Assembly: GCF_004010195.1 (NCBI RefSeq)
Contig: NC_057720.1
Coordinates: 28,399,772 to 28,463,771, forward strand
Length of the DNA: 64,000 bases
DNA from: Chiloscyllium plagiosum
Lineage: Eukaryota
Reading direction: 5' to 3'
The notes below the pieces were generated by a model that saw nothing but the letters and a program-made list of their open reading frames with translations, was not told where the DNA came from and made no database searches. The position numbers and the translations under genes were made by a program. Shown here piece after piece: positions 1 to 13,165 of this stretch (positions are counted from its first letter, which is position 1; each line of letters starts with the position of its first letter).

Positions 1-756
1 CTGTCTAATTTTCAGATTTATTGCAGTTAAGAAATACAGTGCTCATCAGGCCTTAAGAGAACTAAATTTATCTATGCCCTTTTCAGACTTGAAGATTTGT
101 TATGGGGTGTAGGCAATACAAAGGGTTAGCTACCTACTATGGTAGTGGAATCTGAGAAATTGCATGTTTGCTCTGAGTAACCGGTGAATTTTGACTTTAA
201 AAAAGTATTGTACTGTGTAAAGCAGTACAGTACACAAGTATATAGGACTAAAGGAAAGCATCCAAGATACTAGAATAAAAACAGTGTTTTAAAATTATTA
301 CTGTGACATGTATTATATTGCATGATTTATCTACTTACCGCAAACTGCTGAGGGAAAATGCCCGGCTACCACTCATGTGTATCACTGAGGAAAACATTAA
401 TAGTGTTGTTTGTTTAGATATTCTTGATAATGTAATTCTCCAATGCCATTCAAAAGCAATTAACTTCAGAGATTGTAACCAAATCGATATTTCTGATTGA
501 AAAGATCTGGACCAGATTATCTTAATCATTTGAATAGAAAGGTCAGATAATCTTAATAATTGTTTGGATAGAATCAGGATGTTTCCCATCAAAAACTGCA
601 ACGGCAGCTCTGAGCCCTGGTCCTGAAACTCTAACTCCAGCTGTTGATAGAATACCTCTAGAATCTTTTAGTGATTATTTTTGGAATTCGGTTTTGATCT
701 TTTCAATTACAAAGAGTATTGATTTTGTAGACTAGATTATGATCAGAATAGTAATT

Positions 757-1920
757 ATAGAGTCATAGAGATGTACAGTGTGGAAACAGACCTTTCGGCC
801 TAACTTGTCCATGCCAACCAGATATCCTAATTAATCTAATCCCATTTGCCAGCATTTGGCCCATGTCCCTCTAAACCTTTCCTATTCATATAGCCACTCA
901 AATGCCTTTTAAATGTTGTAATTGTACTTGACTCCACCACCAACTCTGGCAGTTCATTCCATACATGCGCCATTCTCTGCGTGAAAAAGGTGCCCTTTAA
1001 ATTCCTTTTCAATTTTACCTCCTCACTTTAAACCTATGCCCTCTAGTTTTAGGCACCCCTACCCTGGATAAAGACCTCGTATATTCATACTATCTATGCC
1101 CTTCATGATTTTATAAACTTCTATAAGGTCACCCTACAGTCTCATACACTCCAAGGAAAATAGCCCCAGCCTATTCAGCCTCTCCCTATAGCTCAAACCC
1201 TCCAATCCTGGCAACATCCTTGTAAATCTTTTCTGAACCCTTTCAACTTTCACAACATCTTTCCTATAGCGGGGAGACTGAATTGAACACATTATTCCAG
1301 AAATGGTCTAACCAATGTCCTGTACTGCTGCAACATGATCTCCCAATTCCTATACTCAATGCACTGACCAATAAAGGCAAGCATGCCAAACACCTTCTTC
1401 ATTACCCTGTCTACCTGCAACTCTGCTTTCAAGGAACTATATAGGACTCCAACGTCTCTTTGTTTGGCAGCACACCCCAGGACCTTATATTTACATCGAA
1501 ATTATTTCTGTAAGTGACAAAAAGCAATGGTCACAGCACTGACTGACCCTTGCGACATACCATTGGTGACAGGCCCCCAGTCCAAAAAGCAACCCCCCCA
1601 TCATCACCCTTTGTCTCTTCCTTTCAACCGATTTTTTTTCCAAATGGTAAGTTCTCCCTGTACTCCATGTGATACAACCATGCTAACTAGTCTACCATTC
1701 AGAGCCTTGTCACACAACTTACTGAAATCCATATCGACAATGTCGAGCACTCTGCTCCAGCCTATTCAGCGTCTCCATATAGCTCAGACCCTCCAATACT
1801 AGCAACATCCTTGTAAATCTTTTCTAAACCCTCTCAAGTTTCTTAACATCCTTTCTGTAGCAGGGAGACCAGAATTGCACAGAGTATTTCAAAAGTGGCC
1901 TATCTAATGTCCGGTACAGC
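757..1920 (-). mobile_element. CR1-type LINE 3' fragments (degenerate, two overlapping pieces)
   Basis: Reverse complement of the CR1 RT C-terminus and tail. 1750-1920 repeats the segment at about 1150-1330. Confidence 0.75.
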
Positions 1921-3676
1921 CCTTTATGTTAAGGTATGATAAATTTCTGTAAACGTCTGCAATGAATAATAATATTTGCATCCATGTATTATACAAGTAT
2001 GTTTTAATCATTAAAAGGACTTATTGCAAACAAAATTTAATAACTAAAAGCAAGAAAATCAAAAGTTTATATTCAGGCAAGTGAATTACTTCAATAAGCA
2101 TAAAACAAGGCATTTTAAAAGCCTCTTTAAAAGCACTATAAACGTGTGATATGTAAGGTGAATGTGTGTCAGTAACCAGCAAACTCCTAGGCTACGTTTT
2201 TTTAATCAAGTGGAAAATAAATCAGAGGAAATTGTGCACAGTGGATAGTAAGATTGCACCTTGAGTACTATGTCCAACTCATTCAAATAAAAGCAGATAT
2301 ATAAACTCTGAAGACTGTGTTAAAAGTGAACTGGTTGATCTGAAGGGTCTGTTTCCATGCTGTATGACTCTTAACTGCCACAAGACAGATCCCTGAAACT
2401 AGGTGATTGGCTTATGTGCAAAGACTAAGGAAATACTGAGGTTCTTTTCCAAGAATTATTTGCAATCACTCTAGGTAAATTTGTTCTAGAGTGGAGATCC
2501 ACAGAGTATCATGTGAGTTAATTGTTGGGATCGGTGTGAATGCTGGTCCTGAGGAATCTGACCTGTGAATGGTCAAAACTGACAGAATAAAGTGTGTTCT
2601 CACTCATATTGAGTTCTCCTAGTTTGGCAGTATTATTATCAGCTCCAAAGCAGTCTTTAATATTGTTATCCATAGAGAATGGAACATTTTCACAATGAAA
2701 GGAAACAGTATCAAAATCTCTAAGCTTTTAATGGTGTATTTTTCTGTCAGAATAGCATGACCATAATAATTCTCTGTGCAGACTTCTTTTTAAAGTCAAG
2801 AATCCTGTTTCAACTTTTCTATTGTATCACTTATTATCCTTTTAGTTCTTGCCAGAGATTTGTGTTCATAGTGAATTCTATTAGTCTTACAGCAACACTG
2901 GTAGCATGCCTGAGGAGTTGTTTGTTGGCAGACAGTTCATATGGTGTTGTGTGAGAGCTGACTATTTTACAATGCCTCATTCCTGTCATTCATAAGGCAT
3001 GTTACATATTGGAGTGCATTTTTTAAAAATGTTTCTACCTCATGATTTAAAGCTTGTAAAAGCATGGGATTAGGCTAGGGAAAACTGGGGAAAAAAGAAA
3101 TACAGTGGATGTTTTAAATAAATTGATGCTTGAGGATGCTGTCTGTCTATGCTCCACAGCTTAACTGCACAAATGTTGGAATATAGTTTCATGTCCACAG
3201 AACCACATTGCCATTTTTCTTGATTGTAGCTCATAGAGGATTTCACCAATCACTGAATCATCACGTGCCCAATCCGGTACCTTTCAATGTGTAATTGGTT
3301 TAAAATGGCCCTTAAAGCAGGTCACTCAATTTGATTTGGGACACAGAATGAGTACACCAGAAAAAGAGAGAAAATTGCTGTGGGAGAGCATTTATAACTT
3401 AATTTGTAGTCACAGCTGAGAGTTGCTTGATTTCTTGATCTGTTCATAGCATTTCACCATGCCTTGCGTAAGTCACTGTAAAAGAGAACTCTCCAAAATT
3501 TAGATAAAAATTTCACTTTAAGTCATCAATACTACAGCTTTTCACCAGTATTTGATCTTCTGATTTGACTGATGACCTTTTTAGGAGAAAGTGAGGTCTG
3601 CAGATGCTGGAGATCAAAGTTGAAACTTTATTGCTGGAACAGCACAGCAGGTCAGGCAGCATCCAGGGAACAGGAG

Positions 3677-3712
3677 ATTCGACGTTTCGGGCACAGGCCC
3701 TTCTTCAGGAAT
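3677..3712 (-). ncRNA. Minimal hammerhead ribozyme motif (antisense arm)
   Basis: Exact reverse complement of 3853-3888. Confidence 0.8.
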
Positions 3713-3852
3713 GAGCAGAGAGTGTTCAGCAGGAGAAGATAAAAGGTAGGGAGGAGGGACTTGGAGGAGGGGCGCCTATCACATTTCCAACGCCCCTCCT
3801 CCAAGTCCCTCCTCCCTACCTTTTATCTTCTCCTGCTGAACACTCTCTGCTC

Positions 3853-3888
3853 ATTCCTGAAGAAGGGCCTGTGCCCGAAACGTCGAAT
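3853..3888 (+). ncRNA. Minimal type I hammerhead ribozyme motif (PLE-associated)
   Basis: ATTC-CTGAAGA-A-GGGC(CTGT)GCCC-GAAA-C-GTC-GAAT: CUGANGA and GAAA core, 4-bp helix II, ATTC/GAAT helix I, GUC triplet, palindromic ACGT helix III. Confidence 0.8.
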
Positions 3889-4171
3889 CTCCTGTTCCCT
3901 GGATGCTGCCTGACCTGCTGTGCTGTTCCAGCAATAAAGTTTCAACTGATGACCTTTTTAAATGATTTGTGTTATACATATCACTATTTAGAAAAAGAAA
4001 AGACAGCAAGGATTGGATTTTGCCAAATGAGAGCAAGTTCCAACATCAGCATCAAATTGAGGTCAGAAGGCCAGACAGGCAGTTGGCAGGATTCCCACAG
4101 TGATCTTCCATTCTGCATCCATTAATACCTGAGAAGAATGGAAGCTAGTCATTACAGATGGTGGGTGAAAT

Positions 4172-4325
4172 CAACAAAAAACAAAATTGCTGGTGAAACT
4201 CAATAGGTCTGGCAGCATCTATGGAAAGAAACCATAGTTAATATGTCAAGTCCAGCAACTCTTCATCAGAAGTCAACTTCTGTTTTTGTTTCAGATCCAC
4301 AGCATCTGCGGTTCTTTGTTTTATT
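4172..4325. mobile_element. Degenerate PLE terminal remnant (family B) with inverted pieces
   Basis: aaattgctgg...tctggcagcatct...cttcatcagaa (minus strand) followed by a plus-strand tail tgtttttgtttcaga...agcatctgc. Confidence 0.55.
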
Positions 4326-4819
4326 ATAGTGAGTGAGAGGATTGTACTGGCAGTTTGATGCAAGGCACAATTTTAAAGACCAGTGTGCAACCTTCATACA
4401 GGCTACAAATCTAGAAGGCATTGAACGGGTTGAAGAACAAAATAGCTGTTTGGAACTGAACAGAAATGAGGGAAGGATAGCTTCATAGTTCAGTGATACC
4501 TCCCAGGAAGTGTCTTTTTAAGCATTGAGGGATAAAGAGAGATTTTCTGTTCACAGTGGATGGGAGGGGGAGACAGCAAACCTCAGGATGAAGGCGTAGC
4601 TGAAGGTGCTGAGCAACCTCAAGATGTACATCATTCATTATGTTTGTGCAGTATTGGAAGCATTTCAGTTACCTCCTCTACTTTGCAAGAAAACTAACAT
4701 TCATAATTGCAAATCCACAACGCTGCATGCTTTAAATTCAACCTTAGCCTGTGAAGTGAGCTGGCCAACACATGCATTGGGCATGACTATGCACAATAGA
4801 ATAGAATTGTAGAATTTTA

Positions 4820-7380
4820 CAGTAGAGGAGGAGGTAATTTGATCCATTGTAGCTGTAATGGCTCCTGGAAGATCTACCCAGCTAGTCCCACTCTCTAATC
4901 CTATCTCCATAGCCCTCTAAAGTCATTACTTCCAAATATTTTATAAGCTCTCTTTTGAAATTTCCTGTGGAATCTATCTCCACCATTCTCCCAGGCAGCA
5001 CATTCCAAATCCTAGTAACTGTCTGAGTAAAGATGTTTCTCCTCATCTCACTCCTAGCTCTTTTGCTGACAGTCAGGAAATTGTGATCTCTTTGTTACTA
5101 ATGTACCAACAAGTGGAAACAGAATATCCTTCTTTATCCTGTTAAAATTATTCATAATTTACAATAGAGAGGGAGACCATTTGACCATTGTGGCTGTACT
5201 GGCTCCTGAAAGAGCTACCCAGCCAGCCAAACTAAATTATTCATAATTTTGAACACCTCAATAAAGTCACCTTTTAATCTCCTCTGCTGCATGGAGATTT
5301 CTCCCTCCTTTTTCCTTGTATCTAACATCCTTCATTCCTGGTATCAGTAAATCCCTCTGAACTCTCTCCAGGGTTTTAACGTCCTTCCTTACATAAGATG
5401 CCCAGAACTGAATGCAATACTCCAATTGTGGTCTGACCAATGATTTGTGGAGGTATAGTGTCACATCCTTGCTTTTATACTATATGCCTCTATTTATAGA
5501 CCCAAAGGTCCTATGCGCCTTCTTCACAACTGTTTCAGCTTCCCTGGCTACCTTCAGAGAATCATGCTTGTGAATCCTGAGGTCCCTCTCCTCCTGTACT
5601 CCTTTCAAAGTTCTACCATTGAGCCTGAATTGTCTCTCTGTGTTTCTTCTACCAAAATGCAGTATCTCACATTTTTCTGCATTGAAATCAATTTGCTTGG
5701 TGTCAGCTCATCTGGCCAACTTGTCAGTGGCCCTCTAAAGTCAGTCAGTGTCATCTCCCTAGCTTGGTATGATCTGCAAATTTAGAGATTTTGACCATAA
5801 CACCCATCTTCAAATTGTTTACATAAATCAGAAAAGCAAGAGTCCCAACACCAATGCCTGGGGAGCACCACTAGTCTCCAATCTGAGAAATTCCCCTCTA
5901 TACTTATCGTCTATTTCTATTTCATGCTGCCAAGGGTCCATCAATCCCAATTTTTTCTAATTTGCTAACCAACCTGTCATGTGTCTCCATTTAAAGTGCT
6001 TTCTGAAAGTTTAAATATACATCTATATCACTACCCTCATCCACTGCCTATAGCACCTCATCAAAGAAATTAAATTTGTCAGACATGACCTGTCCCTGAC
6101 AAACCATGTTGACTGTATAGTGTTAACTGATTTTTATGAAAATGTATATTACCAGTACTATGGCTTCCAAAGGTTTTCCCACTATTGATTCTGTAGCTTT
6201 CTGGGTTATCCTTTGTCCCTTTCTTAAACAACCTTTGCAATCCTCCAGCCCCACAGCACGAAACCTGTGGTCAGAGAGGCCTGGATAATTTCTGTCAACA
6301 GCTCTGCAATTTGCTCACTTCACGCTCTCGGCAATCTAGGATGTATCCCATCAGAGTCTGGCGACTTCTGTACCTTGAATGCTGTCCGCTTTTTTAGCAC
6401 ATCTTCTTTATCTAGCATTATACTATTTGATTGCTTAACACCCATGTTTTCAACTATGTCATTGTCACCATCTTCTAATTTGGTAAAGAGAAGCAAAGTA
6501 TTCATTCAGTACCTCTGTCATATCCTTTGCTTCAGTGAGCAGGTTACTATGCTTTTTTGTTATGGGTTCCACTCTAGTCTTCACTATTAATTTGCTAAAA
6601 GAACATTTTACAATTTATTTTAGCACAGTCTGCCATCTTTTCCTCATGCTTTCTCTTGACCTTGCTTATTCCAGCCTTAGCCTCTTTCCTGCATTTGAGA
6701 TAGTTGTCCTGATTTCTACTGCTATTATAATTCTGATGTGCATCGTATGCCTCCTTTTTTTTTCTTATTATCTCATCAAAATCCTTAGTCATCCAGGGGA
6801 CAATATGGTGGCTCAGTAGTTAGCACTGCTGCCTTGCAGCACCACGAACCTTGGATTTGATCCCACCCTCTGATGACTCTCTGTGTGGAGTTTGCACATT
6901 CTCCCACATTTGTGTGGGATTCATCCAGCTGCTGCAGTTTCATCCCACAGTCCAAAGATGTGTAGGTAAAGGTGGATGGGCCATGTTAAATTGCTCATAG
7001 TGTCCATGATTATGTAGGTGGGGTGGATTAGCCATGGGATATGCAGGGTTAAGGGGATAGGGTCTGTGTGAAATGTTTTTCAGAGGGTGGATTCAATAGA
7101 CCGAATGGCCTGCTTCCACACTGTAACGATTCTATGATTCTAGGATACTCTAGCTTTGGATATTCTGTATTTATTATACCTAACTTGAACTGTAGTCATC
7201 TCCCTTTTGAAATTCTACCATTTTTCATCCACTGTTTTATCCATCAAAATGCATCTCCAACCAATGTGCTTCAGTTCAACTTTTAGAATCCTAAAGTCTA
7301 CCTTTTTCCAGTCTGGAATTTTAATTATTGACTGATTTTTATTCATTTCCAATTTAATATTGAAACTTATCATTAGACAA
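4820..7380 (-). mobile_element. Degenerate CR1 LINE (ORF2 fragments), interrupted by a SINE
   Basis: Minus-strand ORFs LYLHKSLVRPQLEYCIQFW, KSPDSDGIHPRL and PDWKKVDF. Confidence 0.85.
6796..7142 (+). mobile_element. HE1-like V-SINE (tRNA-derived)
   Basis: ggtggctcagtagttagcactgctgcct head and V-domain tgtgtggagtttgcacattctcc...cccacagtccaaagatgtg. Confidence 0.85.
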
Positions 7381-7639
7381 GTGTTTACATTGAAGTAAAA
7401 AGTTTTCTCACAGTGGAGACCCATGGTCAGAGGTGAGCAATGCAATAAATCTTCAAGTTGCATGATGTTGGAAATAGGAATTGGCAAAGACTGATAGCAA
7501 AAACTGTACTAGACATGAATACCATTTATATATGTTGTTAATGAAGAAGTATGCTCATAATGTTAAGGAATGGAGAAGAATAGGAAGTGATATGACCTTC
7601 AGAATGAAATATCACCAAGGAAGAAGGAGGACACAATCA

Positions 7640-7860
7640 AGATATGAGTTGCAGCAGTCTGCTTGATTGGCATCCTGCCACTGTAAACATTCATTCAGTG
7701 GCATACACTTGCAACACGGTGTATTATCTACAAGGTGCACACCACCAATTTGCAAAGGCTCCTTCAACAGTGCCTTCCAAATTTGAGACACATATCACCT
7801 AGAAAAACAAGAGTAGCAGTTACATGGAAACATCACCATCTGCAAGTTCCCTTTCACGTC
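7640..7860 (+). mobile_element. Non-LTR LINE 3' fragment (same family as 17300-17645 and 38050-38945)
   Basis: Shared text: tatctacaaggtgcac, catcaccatctgcaagttccc. Confidence 0.55.
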
Positions 7861-8319
7861 CACATGACAGAAGGGCTGTCTGAAGCTTATGAAGACTGTT
7901 AAATCACTACTTTGCATTCACAGCAGATCCTCAACTCCTTTGACAGTGACAGAAAAAGCCCTTCACTAGTGGACTATTAACTGATGTTGAACACTTAATT
8001 TGGAGGGCTTGGAAGGATAGGTCCAGCATGAGGCAGTTCATGGAACAAGCTCTGAGAATTGTCTATTGATGGGATTAGTGAGATAGTAATGGTGTTTAAT
8101 GAAAGGACTCCAAATCTGCTTTGCAAAGTGGATGAAGTCACTTCTTGGGATGCTTAACAGTATCTCAGGTGAAAAAGCTCAAGAGTGTTCCTGGCCAGCA
8201 CATTAATATCTATTGAGATAAGCCCATAGTCGCATTTCCATTGCCCAGTTGATCTCAGCTCCTGTTTAACTCATTCCTCTTCAGAAAAGGTGGTGTGTTC
8301 AATGTGGTTATGCATTTCC

Positions 8320-8690
8320 AATGCAACTCTCCCCTAAGAACTTAACCAGATTTTGCAGATTGCGGTCAACCATACAATATGTCAGATCCTTGATGGGTCA
8401 TATTGAAAGATTCTTCCAGATCTATATCAGTAAATACCCTTGTTTTCAAAAGTTCAGTGGCCTATTTGATGGTTGTCCTTATAGTGATGTAGCAGCTTTT
8501 AGTGTCTATCCCTTGTCACCCTGTCGCCATCCATTAAGGCTTAGCCTGAAGAGCGGAGGCATTGCAGTTATCCTGGGATAGCAGACTTCTCGCATCTTCC
8601 CAGGAATGTGGACACAACAAAATCTGCAAGCAGCTTGCATGCTCAGTGAATGGAATGCCCTCCTTTTATTAAAAGCATCTTTTACTCAAC
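8320..8690 (-). pseudogene. Fossil PIF/Harbinger (HARBI1-like) DDE transposase fragment
   Basis: Ordered minus-strand motifs with stops and frameshifts: FNKRRAFHSL, GWRQGDKG*TLK (cf. GWLLGDxGY), LLKTR, SGRIFQYDPSR (cf. LQYxP), LQNL (cf. LHN). Confidence 0.65.
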
Positions 8691-10033
8691 AGGAACCTTT
8701 ATAACTGCACGTATGCAATAATGTATCCCCTGCATCGAGAGAATGCAATGATAGGATTAGAGCCAATCATGCTGTTGGCCCATTGAGCCAAATTGTTGCT
8801 ACGTCTGGTGTACGTGTGTGGTACATAGCATTTATCATGTGCATGATGCAATAACAGGTTGCTGCCTAGAAGAGTCCACATGATTCCAAATCTGATGTAA
8901 ATGTGGGGACTCACCTTCATATTCACCATGACCTGTAATGGAAAGTTATCACATCTCAGTTACCTCAACAGCTGTTCCACACAAGTTCGCTACCACCTGT
9001 CTAGACTGATGTAGTCTTCTCAGACATTGTGTTCATGAAGTAAGCCTCTGTTTGTCTGTCAACTCTTTCAACTGGATAGTGCTTTCTGTGAACATTAGCC
9101 TACAGTATTGCCCCCATAAAATCTCTCTTTATCCATATCCCATCACACCCTCATGATGCTGGTACATGCCTGACTGTTCCACACACTTTGTGACTGTACC
9201 AGCATACATCTCTCCCACCCTCCTTTTCACTGCTGGAATAAGGCTCATTTCGAGGATCAATTCACTGAGTTGCAAAGCCTTCATGGATTAATGCTTTACA
9301 AACATCGAATGCTGTGTGTATTTAGCAAAGTTGGACCTGAGTGACACGAGCCCTTTTATTGAGGGTTCACATTCTGCCATTCCTGCTAATTTTCAAGTCT
9401 TTTCTAATGAACCTCTGATTTGACACAGTCATTACCATTTTACCATGACCATTACCTCCAAGCCCATTGCCAATGGGCAAATAAATGTCCATCCCCAAAA
9501 CACCAGAACCTCAGCAGAAATTTAGTTCAAAGAAATTTTAGGTTAAGAATGTATTTTCTTATGTTGAATCATGGAATGATTTAGCACAAAATAAGGACAT
9601 TCATGTCATTCAAGCTTATCATGTCTGTGCAAGCTCTTTGAAGGCTATCCAATTAGTCCCACTCTTCTTTCCCCATGGCATATTGCAGAAAATATGCATT
9701 GTTGGTTTCTTTTTAAATGGAAGTCCCAGTAATATGTGTGTGGGCATAAAAGCTGGGAGAAAGTGAAAACTTCCTGCTGTGATAGTTGAATACATGCCAA
9801 ATTCTATAATTGATTAACTTAAAGGAATTGAAAGCACGTTTCTTCTGAATATCCTAACAACTAACTATTATTATTAATATTCAAAAGTTCAAGCCTTTAA
9901 ATTACTTCATTATTTTCTTATTGAAACATTTATGATCCTCCTCTATTTACTTCCCATACTACCTATTAACCTGAGGCACAGTTAATCTGAGAGCAGGATA
10001 GAAATATATGTTCTGAAACAAGGTTTGAGTGAT

Positions 10034-10367
10034 ATAGAACATAGAACATAGAAGAATACAGCGCAGTACAGGCCCTTTGGCCCTCGATGTTGCGCCGATC
10101 CAAGCCCACCTAACCTATACTAACCCACTATCCTCCATATACCTATCCAATGCCCGCTTAAATGCCCATAAAGAGGGAGAGTCCACCACTGCTACTGGCA
10201 GGGCATTCCATGAACTTACGACTCGCTGAGTGAAGAACCTACCCCTAACTTCAGTCCTATATCTACCCCCCCTTAATTTAAAGCTATGCCCCCTTGTAAT
10301 ACCCGACTCCATACGCGGGAAAAGGTTCACACTGTCAACCCTATCTAACCCCCTAATCATCTTGTAC
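10034..10367 (-). mobile_element. Young 5'-truncated CR1 LINE 3' end
   Basis: Its 81-aa ORF is identical to the C-terminus of the ORF at 15932-16663. (GTTCTAT)n tail. Confidence 0.93.
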
Positions 10368-11257
10368 GATATGTCGATGCCACTAAATTTTTACACTTTG
10401 TGATAATAGCAAAGTGCTCACTGTTTACAGGAGTTCCTCATGTTTTCTATTTTGGATGTCTTGAACCAAGTGGAAATTCTGTATTCGCAAAGCAGCTAAC
10501 TTTACAATTTTTGTTTCATTCTCCCTTTGTCTTTAGCTTATGCTGTAGTTTATCTTTAAATAAAAGAACTGGATAATAGATCTCTCCATTAAATTAAGTG
10601 CTATAGTGGCCATTTTTATAATCCTTTTCTTCAATTTCAATGAAGAATTCCCTTGGAGAACAGGAATTTAATACATTGCTGCAAACTGTCAAAACTGAAG
10701 TTATATACTAGTTCATCCAACTAGTGTATCAGTCATATAACCAGCCATAGCCTTTTCTACTGCATTAAAGCAATACACAGGAGATGTTTTAAAGAGGAGA
10801 ATATTTCCTTATAATTTGCAGAGGTGTCAATATAGGCTGATGACATTTAATGTCAACAGATACAAGTTAATTAGACAAAGGAAGTGAACTCAACAGTTAT
10901 TAAATAAATCAAGTGGCTTTAAGCTACAAGATGCAACACGAGTGGAACTTGGAAATAGTATCATTTGTCTTTCTGAAATCATCAACAATGAATGGAGCAT
11001 ACATTAGACAAGTGTTTGGATATACTGAAAGGATACAAAAATATGGGAGGTCCTGATGAATTTGTGCAAGGATCTGCAATGGCCATAACTTGTGTAAAAT
11101 TCTGGTCATCAGAGCAAAGATGTACGGTACATATTTTTGAACAGTGTAAGAAAAAGTAACCAACTTGATGAAGCATTTGAGCTTTATAGAATGATGTAAG
11201 AGCAAGGAATGTTTACAATGAAAAAGAAAAGGTTCAGTGGAGATGTCATTTAAATTA

Positions 11258-11560
11258 TAGAGTCATACAGCATAGAAACAGGCCCTTTAGCTCACCATGT
11301 CTATGCTAACCAACACACACCAAACTACACTAATCCTATTTACCTTCGCATTTTAAGTACTTATCCAGTTACTTAAATGTTGCAAAAGTACCTGCCTCTA
11401 CCACCCTGTCAGGCAACACATTCCATTTTTTTCTACCATCTTTTGAGTGAAAAAAGGTTTTCTCAGAACTGCTCTAAACCTTTTTAAACTTAAACCTTAA
11501 ACTTATGCCCTCATGTCTTGGACACATGTGCCATGGGGAAAAGATTCTCAACCTACAGTA
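11258..11560 (-). mobile_element. Old CR1 3' fragment
   Basis: tagagtcatacagcatagaaacaggcc tail and acattcca...ttaaacttatgccc core. Confidence 0.65.
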
Positions 11561-12081
11561 TTTATTTCTTGATATCATGCGGATAGTAACCTACTTTATT
11601 TTCAACTTAACTTACACCCAGGAAGGATCATGTCTTTAGTTTTTGTCTGAGATTATATAATAGCCAGTACCTATAATACATAATAAATGCTATTTTCAGT
11701 ATTATTTTGGGAAGTTATAATTCCTGCAATTAATAATGGCCTCTTAATTCTGAAAACAAAATCAACCTGATTGAAAAAAACACGTTCAAAAATAATTAAA
11801 CATTTCACCTTACAAACTTCAGGTTTCTTTTTGAAGAAGTGTCTATATTAAATATGTACATTCAAGTTAAACGCATAAACAGCTGTAATCTATTTACCAC
11901 TATTGAAGATTCTTACATTGTAACCCAATAAATTGAAACCAAATATATTTATTCAAATAAACTGACACAGTTCACGTTTATAATTGACAGTTTAAATTTA
12001 GAGTCAAAAAGACCCACACCACAGAAAAATGTCCTTCAGTCCATCACGTCCACGCTATCGGCTGTGGTATGATTTGAGAGT

Positions 12082-12280
12082 ATAGCACAGCTTCATAAAA
12101 GTACAGCTGTTACGATCACTCTGTGTTCACAGTGAGAACATTGGTAGGATTTACACAGTAGTGATATTTCATAACCAGGCAGGCACAAACAATATCACTT
12201 TAGACTACAGGAATAGAAATCAACTAATTTGGATAATTGCATGATTTGGGTACCTACTATTCAGAAAGCTAAAATACTGT
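12082..12280 (+). repeat. 199-bp direct repeat, copy 1
   Basis: Matches 13715-13913 with one mismatch seen (ggAtttac vs ggCtttac). Confidence 0.95.
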
Positions 12281-13018
12281 ATATGGCAATCCCAGACAAT
12301 TAGTTTATTTGTTTAAGGATCTTCATATAATGCCTCTACTGATCCTTCTCTTTGTCAGACTAACTATTCTGGGCTGTCTCACCTTTCTTGCCATCAGAGT
12401 TTGGCTTTGCTTTCAGAACTATTCCCAATGCCTGGACTTATGATCAGAATTGAACATTGTACTTCTGGACTCATAAACATGTGGTAAAAAGGATTTGGGG
12501 GGGCAGTAAGATAGATCACATGGAAAACATTATAGGAGTGAGATATTTTATGAGGGACTGAGTAATTGAAAGGAAAAATTGGAATTATAGTCAGAATTGG
12601 AATTAAATATGCATGTAGGTTTTCCTGACTTGTACTGTCCCCATTTTGTACTTTCTTGTCTAAAATGAGGGCTGACTGGAATGCACCAACTTATAGTGAA
12701 CTACCTTTATGGTGTCAGTCTGCAGCTTGATCGACATGCTCAGTGACAGAATGTTGTATAAACCAAAGATGAAAATAACTCAAAAGTTTAGATTAAAACA
12801 GAAAATGATGCCTGTTTCAACATCCGACTCTATAATGATCAAGACAACGAATGACTATTTATGATAGGCAAACTAATGGGCAAAATCAAAGTTTTAAAAC
12901 ATATGGTGTTTTTCTTCACTATCTAGACAATTGACATGATATGTAAATAGGACTAAAAATGTTGGAATGGAGAGTGAAAAATACATGGAAAGTAATCTTT
13001 TGCTTGCTTTGTTTCCAG

Positions 13019-13165
13019 AGCCCATCGGATGGTTTTTGGAAGTCTGTTGCCACTGTTGTCCCCAAGGAGCCCAAAGAGATTCGGATTCTGAATCCTTACT
13101 TCATTCGTGAAGCAGCTTTTACATTTATTGGCCTTCCAGTCAACAATGGGATGATGGGTCGTGGG
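13019..13165 (+). CDS. ST3GAL3: ST3 beta-galactoside alpha-2,3-sialyltransferase 3, internal coding exon (147 bp, phase 0/0)
   Basis: Acceptor tttccAG and donor GTGAGT. Translates SPSDGFWKSVATVVPKEPKEIRILNPYFIREAAFTFIGLPVNNGMMGRG, matching the ST3GAL3 region just before sialylmotif S. Confidence 0.95.

Larger units (their letters stand above)
3584..3944. mobile_element. Palindromic Penelope-like mini-element (family A) with 16-bp TSD
   Basis: Inverted arms 3618-3774 and 3791-3947. TSD actgatgaccttttta at 3568-3583 and 3945-3960. Homologous to the ends of the RT-encoding PLE at 25.5-28.7 kb. Confidence 0.9.

Noticed and set aside
3584..3944. Interpretation of the palindromes as MITEs or pre-miRNAs
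   Set aside because: The arms are asymmetric, homologous to the termini of an RT-encoding PLE, contain HHR motifs and have variable-length TSDs.
1..13018. Upstream ST3GAL3 exon (sialylmotif L region)
   Set aside because: No matching translation found. It probably lies upstream of the window.
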